DNA of 64,000 bases from Acidimicrobiia bacterium (lineage in GTDB: Bacteria > Actinomycetota > Acidimicrobiia > Spongiisociales > ZC4RG35), in assembly GCA_035249605.1 (NCBI GenBank), contig DATFGI010000059.1, positions 136 through 64,135 of the forward strand. The letters are read 5' to 3'. Below the pieces are notes generated by a model, which worked only from the letters and a program-made list of their open reading frames with translations, was not told the origin of the DNA and searched no databases. Made by a program: the position numbers and the translations under genes. Shown piece by piece: positions 55,714 to 64,000 of the stretch (positions are counted from its first letter, which is position 1; each line of letters opens with the position of its first letter).

Positions 55714-56077
55714 CGAGAACCTTCCGGAGGAGGTCTTTGTAACCGTCGCTGTCACCGTCGGTCGTCTCCGAGGGAGGATCGGTGATGGTGACCGCTCCCC
55801 TCTCTGCAAGGTCGGCGGCCAGCACCCGCACCACCCCGATGGGGACCTCGAGCAGCGCTGCCAACTCGATTATGGCCGTCTCGGCCCGGCTGATGGCGAG
55901 GATCTCCGACATCTCCCATTTCAACTGGCGACGCATGCGCAGACCGAGCGGGGTGGCGGCGACCAGGGCCTCCAACGCGATCAGTGGCCGCTCGGCGCCG
56001 GTGCGGCCGCCGGTGAGGGTGTAGGGGCGGACGATGCGCCCGCCCGCCTCGGGCCCGGGCACATCCGGCAGGCTCAT
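55694..56077 (-). CDS. cvnC: conservon protein CvnC (DUF742)
   Basis: VRPYTLTGGRT is the DUF742 signature. 4-nt overlap with cvnB. Confidence 0.75.
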   Translation of the reverse strand: MSLPDVPGPEAGGRIVRPYTLTGGRTGAERPLIALEALVAATPLGLRMRRQLKWEMSEILAISRAETAIIELAALLEVPIGVVRVLAADLAERGAVTITDPPSETTDGDSDGYKDLLRKVLDGIKSL

Positions 56078-56493
56078 TCCGTCTCGACCAGCAGTGCCTT
56101 CAGCTCTTCGCGCACCTCGGCGGTGAGGCTGTCACCGACTCTCTGAACGAATATCGACATCTCGAAGGCAATCGCCCCCATGTCGATGTCCCTCTCGGTG
56201 AGACAACAGATCAGCGAGCCGTCGCGAATCCCGGTCACGAACAGCCACCCGTTCTGCATCTCCACGATCACATTGGAGACCGGGCCTGCCCCGAAACGCC
56301 CCGCCGAGCCGTAGGCGAGCCCGATCATCCCCGAGGAGACCGCGGCGAGTCGCTCTGCGGTCTCCCGATCCACCCCCTCGGACTTGGCAAGCGCCAGCCC
56401 ATCAGAGGAGACCACGACGGCCTGGCGGATCCCGGGGACCGTGTCACGAAGCCTGCCCAGAAGCCAGTTGAGATTGTCGACCGCCGACGTCAA
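56074..56493 (-). CDS. cvnB: conservon protein CvnB (roadblock/LC7 domain)
   Basis: Roadblock/LC7 profile (VVVSSDGLALA...). 4-nt overlap with cvnA. Confidence 0.75.
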   Translation of the reverse strand: MTSAVDNLNWLLGRLRDTVPGIRQAVVVSSDGLALAKSEGVDRETAERLAAVSSGMIGLAYGSAGRFGAGPVSNVIVEMQNGWLFVTGIRDGSLICCLTERDIDMGAIAFEMSIFVQRVGDSLTAEVREELKALLVETE

Positions 56494-58040
56494 CTCGCCT
56501 CCTCCTCCGACAGATCGGCCTCATCGTCGATGTCGGCGGCGGCCCGGCGCCCCCGGTCGTATGCGGCCAGTGCCGACCTGATGCCATCCGCGCCGTCGCC
56601 GGGGCGGGTGGTGGCGACATCGACCTCGTCCTCACTGAATGCCTGGCCAGGGGTGCGGACCGGGAGCAAACCCGGGTTGTCCGGGTCGGAGGGGTCCGGT
56701 TCGGTGAACTCCGACCCGGTGAGATCGACCACTCGAGGGGAGCCCTCCTCGTCGAGGGCGGAGGCGGCAATCCTCTCCAGGTACTCGCGTGTCTCCTGGT
56801 CGCCGTAGTCCTCTGGCCCGGGGGAAGGGACCTGACGGCCGGCCAGGACCGTATCGGCATGACCGGTCTCCCAATATCTCGTCTCGGGCTGTTTCACCGT
56901 CTCCAGGTGGTCGCGCGGGATGACGACCCTGGCGGTGACACCGGGAACACCCCTGATCAGCTCCACGCTGACCCCGTGGCGCTGCGCCAGCTTGGCGACC
57001 ACGTACATCCCCATGGTGGGCTCCACGGAGAGCCCGAGAGCCGGCGGCTTGTCCATGACCCGGTTGAGCTCTGCCAGGCGCGCTTCGCTGATGCCTACTC
57101 CCCGGTCGGACACGGTGAGGGTGTAGCCGTCGATATCGAACAGGCCGGTCACCCTGACCGCCTCCGATGGGGGGGAGAACTGGATGGCGTTCTCCAACAG
57201 CTCTGCAAAGAGATGGGCGACGTCGGAGACCGCGCCTCCGGAGAGCTTGGCCGGCTCCAGGGCGACCACCTCGACGCGCTGGTACTCGTCGACCTCCCCG
57301 ACCGCGGCTCGCACCACGTCGGCCATGTCAGTCGCCTTTGCCCAAACCCGGGGCGATTCCGAGCCGGCCAGGACGAGGAGACTCTCGGCGTTGCGTCGCA
57401 TCCGGGTAGCGAGATGGTCGAGCTGGTAGTAGCCGCCGAGGATGTCTGAGTCCTCCTCGCGAGCCTCCAGCTCGTCGAGCATGGCCAGCTGACGGTCGAC
57501 GAGGGAGCTGTTGCGCCGGGCGAGAGTGACGAAGATGCGGGAGACCCCGGCGCGCAGCGCCTCCATCTGCCGGGCCGCCACCTCCACAAGGGATGCATGC
57601 AGCTCCTGGAATGATCGGGCCAGATCGCCCACCTCGTCACTGCGATCGGCATCGAGCCGGGGCGGGGAGATGGTGGAGATATCTGCATCGGGGGTGCGTA
57701 GGGCGTCGAGAAGGTCGATCAGGTCCTTGTCGGCGACCTTACGCGCCGCCGCGGAGACCTCGTCGATCCCCCGCGCCACCGAACGCGAGATCAGGTAGAC
57801 GACGAGCACGGAACCGGCGGCGACGAGTCCCACCACGGTGCCGACCACGATCGCCCAAGCATCGTTTGCGGAGAAACCCGCCTTGTCGGTTGTGACCAGG
57901 TTCCAAACGAGGAAGATCCCGACGAGAAGGCTCACCACGACCACCGGCACCACCGCCAACGTCAGTTTGGTGGGGATGCTCCATTGCCTCGTCGCGGAGT
58001 CTGTCCTCAGTTGAGCGCCCGGGCCCTCGCTCGTTGCCAT
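56490..58040 (-). CDS. cvnA: conservon sensor-kinase-like membrane protein CvnA
   Basis: Two TM helices, a HAMP-like linker and an HATPase_c domain (LENAIQFSP, VSDRGVGIS), with an acidic C-terminal tail. Length 516 aa. Confidence 0.75.
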   Translation of the reverse strand: MATSEGPGAQLRTDSATRQWSIPTKLTLAVVPVVVVSLLVGIFLVWNLVTTDKAGFSANDAWAIVVGTVVGLVAAGSVLVVYLISRSVARGIDEVSAAARKVADKDLIDLLDALRTPDADISTISPPRLDADRSDEVGDLARSFQELHASLVEVAARQMEALRAGVSRIFVTLARRNSSLVDRQLAMLDELEAREEDSDILGGYYQLDHLATRMRRNAESLLVLAGSESPRVWAKATDMADVVRAAVGEVDEYQRVEVVALEPAKLSGGAVSDVAHLFAELLENAIQFSPPSEAVRVTGLFDIDGYTLTVSDRGVGISEARLAELNRVMDKPPALGLSVEPTMGMYVVAKLAQRHGVSVELIRGVPGVTARVVIPRDHLETVKQPETRYWETGHADTVLAGRQVPSPGPEDYGDQETREYLERIAASALDEEGSPRVVDLTGSEFTEPDPSDPDNPGLLPVRTPGQAFSEDEVDVATTRPGDGADGIRSALAAYDRGRRAAADIDDEADLSEEEAS

Positions 58041-58113
58041 CAGCAGAGCCGACGATACCGGGGGGCGGCTTCGATCTCGGGGAATTCCCTCGATCGGACC
58101 GGCCCACCCGTCA

Positions 58114-59802
58114 CTACCTGGAGAGGACCTTCACCTCGTGGAGAATGACCCAGCCATCGACCCCCACCGTCTCCACCCGCACCGCCACCACTCCCGCGGT
58201 GTCCTCGACGTCGACCGCAAGCCACTCTCCCTGGGCGGCATCGGCCGATATCTCACCCACCAGCCGACCCGGGGCGGCCTCGGCCTCGCCCCGGACGTAG
58301 ACACGGTGTAGCTGCGGTCCCGGCGGTGAGACATGGCCGATGAGGATCTCCACCCGACCCACCGTCTGCGGGCCGTCCAGTTCGATCTCCAGCCACTGTG
58401 GGGGGCCGGCGGCGGCACTCCACCAGGTGGCGTCGCTGCCGTCGATGACCCGGATCGCCCCGTACTCCTCGTTCTCCTCGGCGGAGGCGGTGACCGGCCG
58501 GCCCAGGGCGAGGTTCGCCGATCTGAGGATGCCCACATCACAGGGATCGGGGCGGACCGATGGAGAGATCGCCCGGGCCACCGAGGCATCGTGGGCGTCA
58601 CCGGTGACCACTTCGTCGTCCCGGTCGGCACCCCAGAACCAGAGCAGCCACCCGTCGAACCCCCAGCGGCAGGACTCGGCTTGAAACATGGCCATCGCCA
58701 TCGCCGCCTCGTCGGGTCGGGGGTAGGCGTCCTGGAATGCCCCAAACTCCCCGAGGAGCAACGGCTGCACCACCTCTCCGTCGAGACCGTAGGCGGAGGC
58801 GAGCGAGTCCCAGGTGGCTCCCAGACCCGGATAGGCGTGGAGGTCGACGAAGTCGAGGTCGGATCCCTGGAGGATCTCGTCGGGCACCACCCAGCGATTG
58901 TCGGCGGCCACCCGGCCGGCGTCGTGCTCAGCCGAAGAGAAGAAGCCCATGGTCACCAGGGCACCGTCGTCGGCGGACCGGATGGCGCCACCCACCGTGG
59001 TGATGAAAGTGCGCAGGTTGGACACCACCATCTCCTCTACCTCGACGTCGGAGGCGAGGTCGTAGGTCTTCCCGTCCCCGGTCGTCACTGTCCCCGCGGT
59101 CAGCGAGACCGGGGGCACGTCGCGCAGCACGAACTGCTCGTTGGCCAGCTCCCAGGCCAGCACGTGATGGGTGGGGGCGCCGCGTTCTGCGAGACCGTTG
59201 ATCAGGTCGGTCCAGTACTCAGCGGCGATGTCGTGCCCTTCCCTGCTCAGGTAGAGAGAGTTGCGGTAGCCCCCGAAAGGCTCGCAACAGGGGAGGCGCT
59301 GGCTGTACCCAGGATCGGGGACGTCGTTGCTCGTGGGGAGAGCGACAAGCCCATGGGCCTCGAGACGGGTGAGAAGGTCGGTCAGGTCGTCGAGATAATC
59401 CGGCCTGATACCGGCGGTTTCGGACGTGCAGCGCATGCACATGTCGAGGAAGAACCGCACCGTGTTGAACCCGAGATCGGCGACGGCGCTTAGTTGGTCA
59501 TCGACCCAATCGGGGTCGTAGTTGGCGAACATGAGGTCCCCGCCCCCGCCTCCCATCTTGAGCAGGAGGTTGACCCCAAGCGGGGTGAACACCTCGCCGC
59601 TGCGGGTATCGACGAAGTCTTCGCCCTCGATCTCGATCCACCGGGGTGGATCGAGGACGGCGACGCCCACGGTCGATGTGGTGGTCGACGGGGGGACATC
59701 GGTCGAGGGAGTGGCCGCGGTCGTTGTCGTCGTCGACTCCCCGGTGCAGGAGGCGGCGGCCAGGCCAAGAAGAAGGACGAGGGTGGTGCGACCGCGGTGC
59801 AA
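58114..59802 (-). CDS. glycoside hydrolase family 5 lipoprotein with C-terminal F5/8 type C (discoidin) domain
   Basis: The WELANE block carries the GH5 catalytic Glu. The C-terminus has IDGSDATWWSA. The proposed TTG start at 59802 yields the lipoprotein signal MHRGRTTLVLLLGLAAASC. The track start at 59982 is an over-extension. Confidence 0.65.
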   Translation of the reverse strand: MHRGRTTLVLLLGLAAASCTGESTTTTTAATPSTDVPPSTTTSTVGVAVLDPPRWIEIEGEDFVDTRSGEVFTPLGVNLLLKMGGGGGDLMFANYDPDWVDDQLSAVADLGFNTVRFFLDMCMRCTSETAGIRPDYLDDLTDLLTRLEAHGLVALPTSNDVPDPGYSQRLPCCEPFGGYRNSLYLSREGHDIAAEYWTDLINGLAERGAPTHHVLAWELANEQFVLRDVPPVSLTAGTVTTGDGKTYDLASDVEVEEMVVSNLRTFITTVGGAIRSADDGALVTMGFFSSAEHDAGRVAADNRWVVPDEILQGSDLDFVDLHAYPGLGATWDSLASAYGLDGEVVQPLLLGEFGAFQDAYPRPDEAAMAMAMFQAESCRWGFDGWLLWFWGADRDDEVVTGDAHDASVARAISPSVRPDPCDVGILRSANLALGRPVTASAEENEEYGAIRVIDGSDATWWSAAAGPPQWLEIELDGPQTVGRVEILIGHVSPPGPQLHRVYVRGEAEAAPGRLVGEISADAAQGEWLAVDVEDTAGVVAVRVETVGVDGWVILHEVKVLSR

Positions 59803-59885
59803 GTCGGGGACGATAACCCTCGATCCCGGGACGACGACCGGCCCCGGCGGGTGAGCCGGGGCCGGATCGACGTGGTTGGCGGTGG

Positions 59886-60440
59886 TCAGGGACGGACGAG
59901 CTGACCCTCGATGTCCAGCGAGATCTCCTTGGAGACCAGCCAGCCGCCGCCCTCGAGGGGAGCGTTCCAGGTGAGGTCCCAATCCTCGCGGTTGATGGTC
60001 GCCCGGGCGCTGAAGGCGACATGATCCTTGCCCCAGGGGTCGGTGGCGGTGCCTTCGTAATCGACGTCGAGGGTGACAGGCCGGGTGACGTCCCGGATCG
60101 TCAGGTCGCCCGTGATCCTCCAGGAGTCGCCCGTGCGGCTGATGTCGGTGGAGACGAACTTCATCTCAGGGTGTGTCTCCACCTCGAAGAAGTCTGCGGA
60201 GCGGAGATGATTGTCGCGGTCGGTCGCCCCGGTCGTGATGCTCGTCGGGTCGATGGTCACCTCGATGGTGGATTCGGTGAGGTCGTCGGCGATGACGATC
60301 TCCCCGTCGAACCGGTCGAAGTGGCCCCGCACCTTGGAGACCATGAGGTGTCTGGCGACGAACCCGATCTTGGTATGGGCCTTGTCGAATACCCAGGTAC
60401 CGGTCTCGATCCGGGGGGCGACGTTGGTGGTGATGGTCAC
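59886..60440 (-). CDS. YceI-family protein
   Basis: WVFDKAHTKIGFVARHLMVSKVRGHFDRFDG is canonical YceI. Confidence 0.8.
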   Translation of the reverse strand: MTITTNVAPRIETGTWVFDKAHTKIGFVARHLMVSKVRGHFDRFDGEIVIADDLTESTIEVTIDPTSITTGATDRDNHLRSADFFEVETHPEMKFVSTDISRTGDSWRITGDLTIRDVTRPVTLDVDYEGTATDPWGKDHVAFSARATINREDWDLTWNAPLEGGGWLVSKEISLDIEGQLVRP

Positions 60441-60518
60441 GGAACTCTCCTTGTCTCGACCATTAGTTGCTCATGACAACCATTGCCAGAGACAACTATT
60501 CCGATATGATGGGCGCTA

Positions 60519-60974
60519 ATGAATCCACCACCCAGTGAAGAGCGGATCGGTGCCTGGCGTGCATTGATGCGTGCCCACGCCGCAGTCACCGATGAGATCG
60601 ACCGCGTCCTCCAGGACGAGGTGGGCATTCCCGGTCCCTGGTATGAGGCGTTGGTCGAGATCGCCTTTGCCGGGGGCTCGATGCGGATGAGTGAGTTCGC
60701 CGAGGAGACGACGCTGACCAAGAGCGGCGCCACCCGGTTCGCCGACCGTCTCGAGGAGGCCGGGCTGGTGGAGCGGCGCCGCTGCCCCACCGACCGGCGA
60801 GGGTGGGAGTTGGTGCTCACCGCCCCGGGCAAGCAGATGCAGCGTCGCGCCGACCCCCATGTCCTCGATGTCATCCATCGTCGCTTCGGGAGCTGGCTCA
60901 CCGACGAAGAGGCCGGGATCATCCTCGCCGCCTTGACCCGGGTGAGCCGGGCAGAGAAGCTCGAGGCCGTTTAG
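60519..60974 (+). CDS. MarR-family transcriptional regulator
   Basis: Winged helix (RMSEFAEETTLTKSGATRFADRLEEAGLVERRRCPTDRRG). Divergent from yceI. Confidence 0.8.
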   Translation: MNPPPSEERIGAWRALMRAHAAVTDEIDRVLQDEVGIPGPWYEALVEIAFAGGSMRMSEFAEETTLTKSGATRFADRLEEAGLVERRRCPTDRRGWELVLTAPGKQMQRRADPHVLDVIHRRFGSWLTDEEAGIILAALTRVSRAEKLEAV

Positions 60975-61155
60975 CCCGATCCGGTGTGGGGTACCGACAC
61001 GACGGCCCGGCTTATTGGGGAGCCGGCCCGACTATCGGCTCGCCGCATCCGGTCCACTCCCGCTCCGGATGCGGAGAGCCGAACGATTTCTCTGGCATCG
61101 ATGCGATGGGCTCTCCGGGCTCAGTCGGGGGGCGAGCGGCCGCTAGGATCGCCTG

Positions 61156-61542
61156 GTGACCGAGCCGGTTCAGCCCGACTCCGCTCAGCAGACTTGGAGG
61201 GTCATTGCCCATGCCTCCGCACTGATCCAGTTCGTGGGCATCCCCTCGGTCGTCGGGCCCCTCGTGGTATGGCTGATCCGGCGGGAGGATCCCGCGGTGG
61301 AACCTCACGCTCGAGCCGCGCTCAATTTCCAGCTTTCCCTGTTGATCTACTTCGTCGTCGGCGGCGTGATCGCATTCGTCGCCTTGGTGACCATCATCGG
61401 GATCCTGCTCAGCGTCCTCATCATCATCGGACTTGGGTTGCTCATTCTCCTCGAAATAGTGTTCGCCATCCTGGGGACACTCGCCGCCAGCCGTGGAGAG
61501 CTGTACCGCTACCCGATGTCGCTCGAGCTGATCAAGGGCTGA
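61156..61542 (+). CDS. DUF4870-like membrane protein
   Basis: HASALIQFVGIPSVVGPLVVWLIRREDPAVEPHARAALNFQLSL matches the DUF4870 pattern. Three TM helices. Confidence 0.6.
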   Translation: MTEPVQPDSAQQTWRVIAHASALIQFVGIPSVVGPLVVWLIRREDPAVEPHARAALNFQLSLLIYFVVGGVIAFVALVTIIGILLSVLIIIGLGLLILLEIVFAILGTLAASRGELYRYPMSLELIKG

Positions 61543-61570
61543 GCTCGCGCCGCTCCCCGCCAGGGCGGGG

Positions 61571-62026
61571 TCAGCGAGTGGTGCGCTTGGGCGGTTCCCA
61601 GCCCAGGCTGACCAATGCGTCGATCACACCGATCAGCGAGAACATGGCTACGGCCGTCGACGCGATGACCACCATCAAGGCGTTCTCCCCCGACCAGCGC
61701 GCCGACCACAGGGCGAAGCCGGTTGCCAGCACCATCACAACCAGGTAGGCGATGGCCCTGGGGATCGTGCGACGGCGAGTCTCCAGCCGGGCGATGCGGC
61801 TCTGGAGGTCTCGCAAAGAGTTGGAGGTGAGCTCGATGCGGGGCAGACCGAGATCGAGCCGGGAGCAAACCCACAGCTCTGGCCCGGCCTGCTCGATGTG
61901 GTAGCGCCCGGCCACCCATCCCTCTTCGACCTCAATCCAATCGAGCCGGGCCATCCCCCCGTTATACAACAAGGGGCGGTCTGGTTCCACCTTGCGCCAC
62001 GTGTTCCTTGGGTTAGGGGTGCCCAT
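61571..62026 (-). CDS. hypothetical membrane-anchored protein
   Basis: ORF with a C-terminal TM pair. An alternative ATG at 61954 (MARLDWIEV) is possible. Confidence 0.4.
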   Translation of the reverse strand: MGTPNPRNTWRKVEPDRPLLYNGGMARLDWIEVEEGWVAGRYHIEQAGPELWVCSRLDLGLPRIELTSNSLRDLQSRIARLETRRRTIPRAIAYLVVMVLATGFALWSARWSGENALMVVIASTAVAMFSLIGVIDALVSLGWEPPKRTTR

Positions 62027-62062
62027 GGATGGGCTCCGGTGCGTCCGGAAAGCGCTTGGACC

Positions 62063-62659
62063 TCATCCCGACGACTCGTCGACCCAGTCGGTGAGCTCGA
62101 TAACCACCCTTCTGAATGCCTCGCCGTGACCGGTCTCGATCACATGGGCGACCTCGTGGAGCACGGTCCAAGCCCGCGCTGGTCGTTCGACCCGGATCGA
62201 CCGGGTTGCCGGGTCGTATACGCCACCGATGCGGCCTTCCAACCGATCGACGACCTCGAGGTCGACCGGGGAGACCCCGAGATGGTCGGTGAGCGCCAGG
62301 GCGAATGCGCGAGACCCGACCTCGTCGTTGAAGGTGCTGGAGAGCCGGCTCATCGTGGTGTCGAGCCCGGCTTCGCGGACCGCCTCCTGAACGACGCAGT
62401 AGTCGAAGCCGCACACCTCGAGACCGTTGTCGGCGACCGTGACGCCCTGGAACACGTCGTAGAGGGGGACGACGGCGAGAGCGATGGCGGTGAGGACGGC
62501 GACGACGATGAGCAAGGGCCGTCGCCACGCCGGGGGCCCGATGGGCTCGAACGTCTCCCCGTCGAGCCCGTCCCCGTCGAGGCTCTCCCGGTCCTCGAAC
62601 CGGGCGAACCGGTCATCGGGGTCGGTCATCTCCTCGATGGTACGAATCGGCTTGCCCAA
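62063..62659 (-). CDS. hypothetical single-TM protein with HExxH motif (possible metallopeptidase-like)
   Basis: A TM helix LLIVVAVLTAIALAVVPL and the motif LHEVAHVIETGHG. Confidence 0.45.
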   Translation of the reverse strand: MGKPIRTIEEMTDPDDRFARFEDRESLDGDGLDGETFEPIGPPAWRRPLLIVVAVLTAIALAVVPLYDVFQGVTVADNGLEVCGFDYCVVQEAVREAGLDTTMSRLSSTFNDEVGSRAFALALTDHLGVSPVDLEVVDRLEGRIGGVYDPATRSIRVERPARAWTVLHEVAHVIETGHGEAFRRVVIELTDWVDESSG

Positions 62660-62710
62660 TGCCGCCAGGCCCAGCGCCCGGGGAGCGGCGGTGCACGGTG
62701 TCGGGACTGA

Positions 62711-63364
62711 CTAGTACTTCACCTCGAGGCCACCGAAGAGGACGGTGGCGTTGACAACGAGGGTGGGCGCGGTGGCTGCCACCCGGTCCTTGGTCGTCAC
62801 GTTCTCGAAGCCGCCGAAGATGGGGAACCCCTTGATGTTGACCTGCCAGCCCTGAGGCACCCGTATCTCCACACCGCCGAAGGCGGCGAAGACGTCGAGG
62901 TTGGCACCGTCGGCCGGTGTGGCATCGCGCAGATCTAGCTCGGCCCCCCCGAACAGCACCGAGACACTCCCACCGGAGAACCTGTCCGAGTGGGATGCAG
63001 CCTCCGTCCCGGAGAACACGTTGAAACTGTTGATCCGATCGCCGGCGTCGACCGTCGAGCCCATCCCCCTTCCGACGAGGATGAAAATGCCGATGAGGAT
63101 CACGACGACAGGGATCACCACGTCGCCGAGATCGGCGGCGCCGAGTGTGGAGAGCAGCATCGTCGCACCGACGATCACCAGGGTCAGGGCCACGGGCCAA
63201 TGTCGGCTGTTGGACGCAAACGTGAACACGCCGGCCAGGATCACCAGCACCGGCCACCAGTCCCCGATCACCGTGGTCGCGTCGAGCACTCCCGCGTTGT
63301 CCAGGAGCAGCAGCGCACCCACCGCGATGATCACTGCACCGAGGAAGAGACGTCCCCAGTTCAT
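62711..63364 (-). CDS. LiaF-like / DUF2154 membrane protein
   Basis: N-terminal TM helices and C-terminal FGG-E repeats (LFGGAELDL, AAFGGVEIRV, IFGGFENV, LFGGLEVK). Confidence 0.55.
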   Translation of the reverse strand: MNWGRLFLGAVIIAVGALLLLDNAGVLDATTVIGDWWPVLVILAGVFTFASNSRHWPVALTLVIVGATMLLSTLGAADLGDVVIPVVVILIGIFILVGRGMGSTVDAGDRINSFNVFSGTEAASHSDRFSGGSVSVLFGGAELDLRDATPADGANLDVFAAFGGVEIRVPQGWQVNIKGFPIFGGFENVTTKDRVAATAPTLVVNATVLFGGLEVKY

Positions 63365-63455
63365 CGGTACCTCCTTCAGTCCTGACGATAACGCCGCCTT
63401 CCAGACGGCGTATGCCCCATATCGAGCGCGCCCTTCCCAAAGAACGCGCTTGCTT

Positions 63456-64000
63456 TCAGATCTTGGGGGGCTTGTACCCCGACTTCGCGATCACGTGGTC
63501 GCGGGACTGGGCGGCGGTGCGGCGGACGGCGTCCCAGTCGACGTGGAGGAGCCTGCCCCCGCGCTTCATGACCCGGCCGGCGATGATCACGGTGTCGACG
63601 TTGCCGGTGTCCATGCCCGCCACCACCGCGGTGATCGGGTCGTTGAGCGGGGTCACGTTCATCCGGTCGGTGCGCAGCATGATGACATCGGCCTCCTTGC
63701 CCGGCGTCAGGGTGCCCACCTTGTGATCGAGCCCGTTGGCCCGGGCCCCGTCGATCGTGGCGCACATCAGCACCTCACGGGTCGACAATGGCGTCTTCTC
63801 CTGTGCCAGAGCCTGGCTGCGCTGCAGTCCGAGGACCGAGCGCATCTGGTTGAACATGTCACCGGGCACATTGGTCTCGACGTCGACGCTGAGTGACGGG
63901 TGCAGACCCCGGTCGAGGAACTTCTGGATCGGGGGCATGCCGTGGCCCATCATCATCTCCACCGGCGAGGCCAGCGAGACCGTGCCGCCGGTGTCGACGA
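63456..64000 (-). CDS. amidohydrolase-superfamily protein, C-terminal part (gene continues beyond window end)
   Basis: Amidohydrolase C-terminal motifs (GKEADVIML, TVIIAGRVMKRGG). The frame is open to 64000. Confidence 0.6.
   Translation of the reverse strand, partial: VDTGGTVSLASPVEMMMGHGMPPIQKFLDRGLHPSLSVDVETNVPGDMFNQMRSVLGLQRSQALAQEKTPLSTREVLMCATIDGARANGLDHKVGTLTPGKEADVIMLRTDRMNVTPLNDPITAVVAGMDTGNVDTVIIAGRVMKRGGRLLHVDWDAVRRTAAQSRDHVIAKSGYKPPKI

Noticed and set aside
1-64000. CRISPR arrays, insertion sequences, integrases or prophage genes.
   Set aside because: No regularly spaced direct repeats and no transposase, integrase, recombinase or phage-like ORFs. The only repeats are the short palindromic elements reported above.

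Overview
This 64-kb window is high-GC (roughly 68-70% by eye) and densely coding on both strands, and it looks like an actinobacterial chromosome segment. There are no rRNA or tRNA genes, no CRISPR array, and no transposase, integrase or phage genes. Many adjacent genes share start/stop overlaps (TGATG, ATGA, GTGA), which suggests translationally coupled operons. Gene content in order: two tandem ABC ATPases (1-1360); a minus-strand cluster of an aryl-CoA ligase, a KynB-like cyclase, a TPP enzyme and an alpha/beta hydrolase (1344-6248); an overlapping operon of an aldo-keto reductase, an ornithine-cyclodeaminase-family enzyme and a threonine-dehydratase-like PLP enzyme (6456-9380); two complete Liv-type (branched-chain/hydrophobic amino acid) ABC importers (10767-15864 and 21478-27351) plus an orphan binding protein (28038-29270); a kynureninase-like PLP enzyme and an arylamine N-acetyltransferase (15883-17813); a ribokinase and nucleoside hydrolase (19465-21310); a molybdopterin oxidoreductase, FAD reductase and small Cys-rich protein trio (32650-34231); an alpha/beta-hydrolase/adenylyl cyclase fusion head-to-head with a second KynB-like cyclase (36429-38486); MFS-MarR, FAD oxidase and Ser/Thr kinase (38509-43120); xseA-xseB (45889-47324); zwf (50509-51888); and a signalling island (48689-58040) with three histidine-kinase-type sensors, two cupredoxin-like lipoproteins, a complete conservon (cvnA-D) and a truncated cvnA paralogue, but no response regulator. 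The most notable observations: (1) two unrelated genes, the nucleoside hydrolase and xseA, have their conserved N-terminal motifs encoded upstream of the first ATG/GTG/TTG, each beginning exactly at an in-frame ATC, which points to AUC initiation or recurrent start-codon errors; (2) two unrelated perfect 21-bp inverted-repeat hairpins with 5-nt loops, plus a repeated palindromic motif AACCCWGGGTTCG at operon boundaries; (3) a DUF370 (RemA-like) gene paired with a TfoX_N gene; (4) the regulator-less sensor/conservon island with a decayed second cvnA; (5) a scattered set of kynurenine/anthranilate-type enzymes. All functional calls come from motif recognition by eye; no database searches were run.
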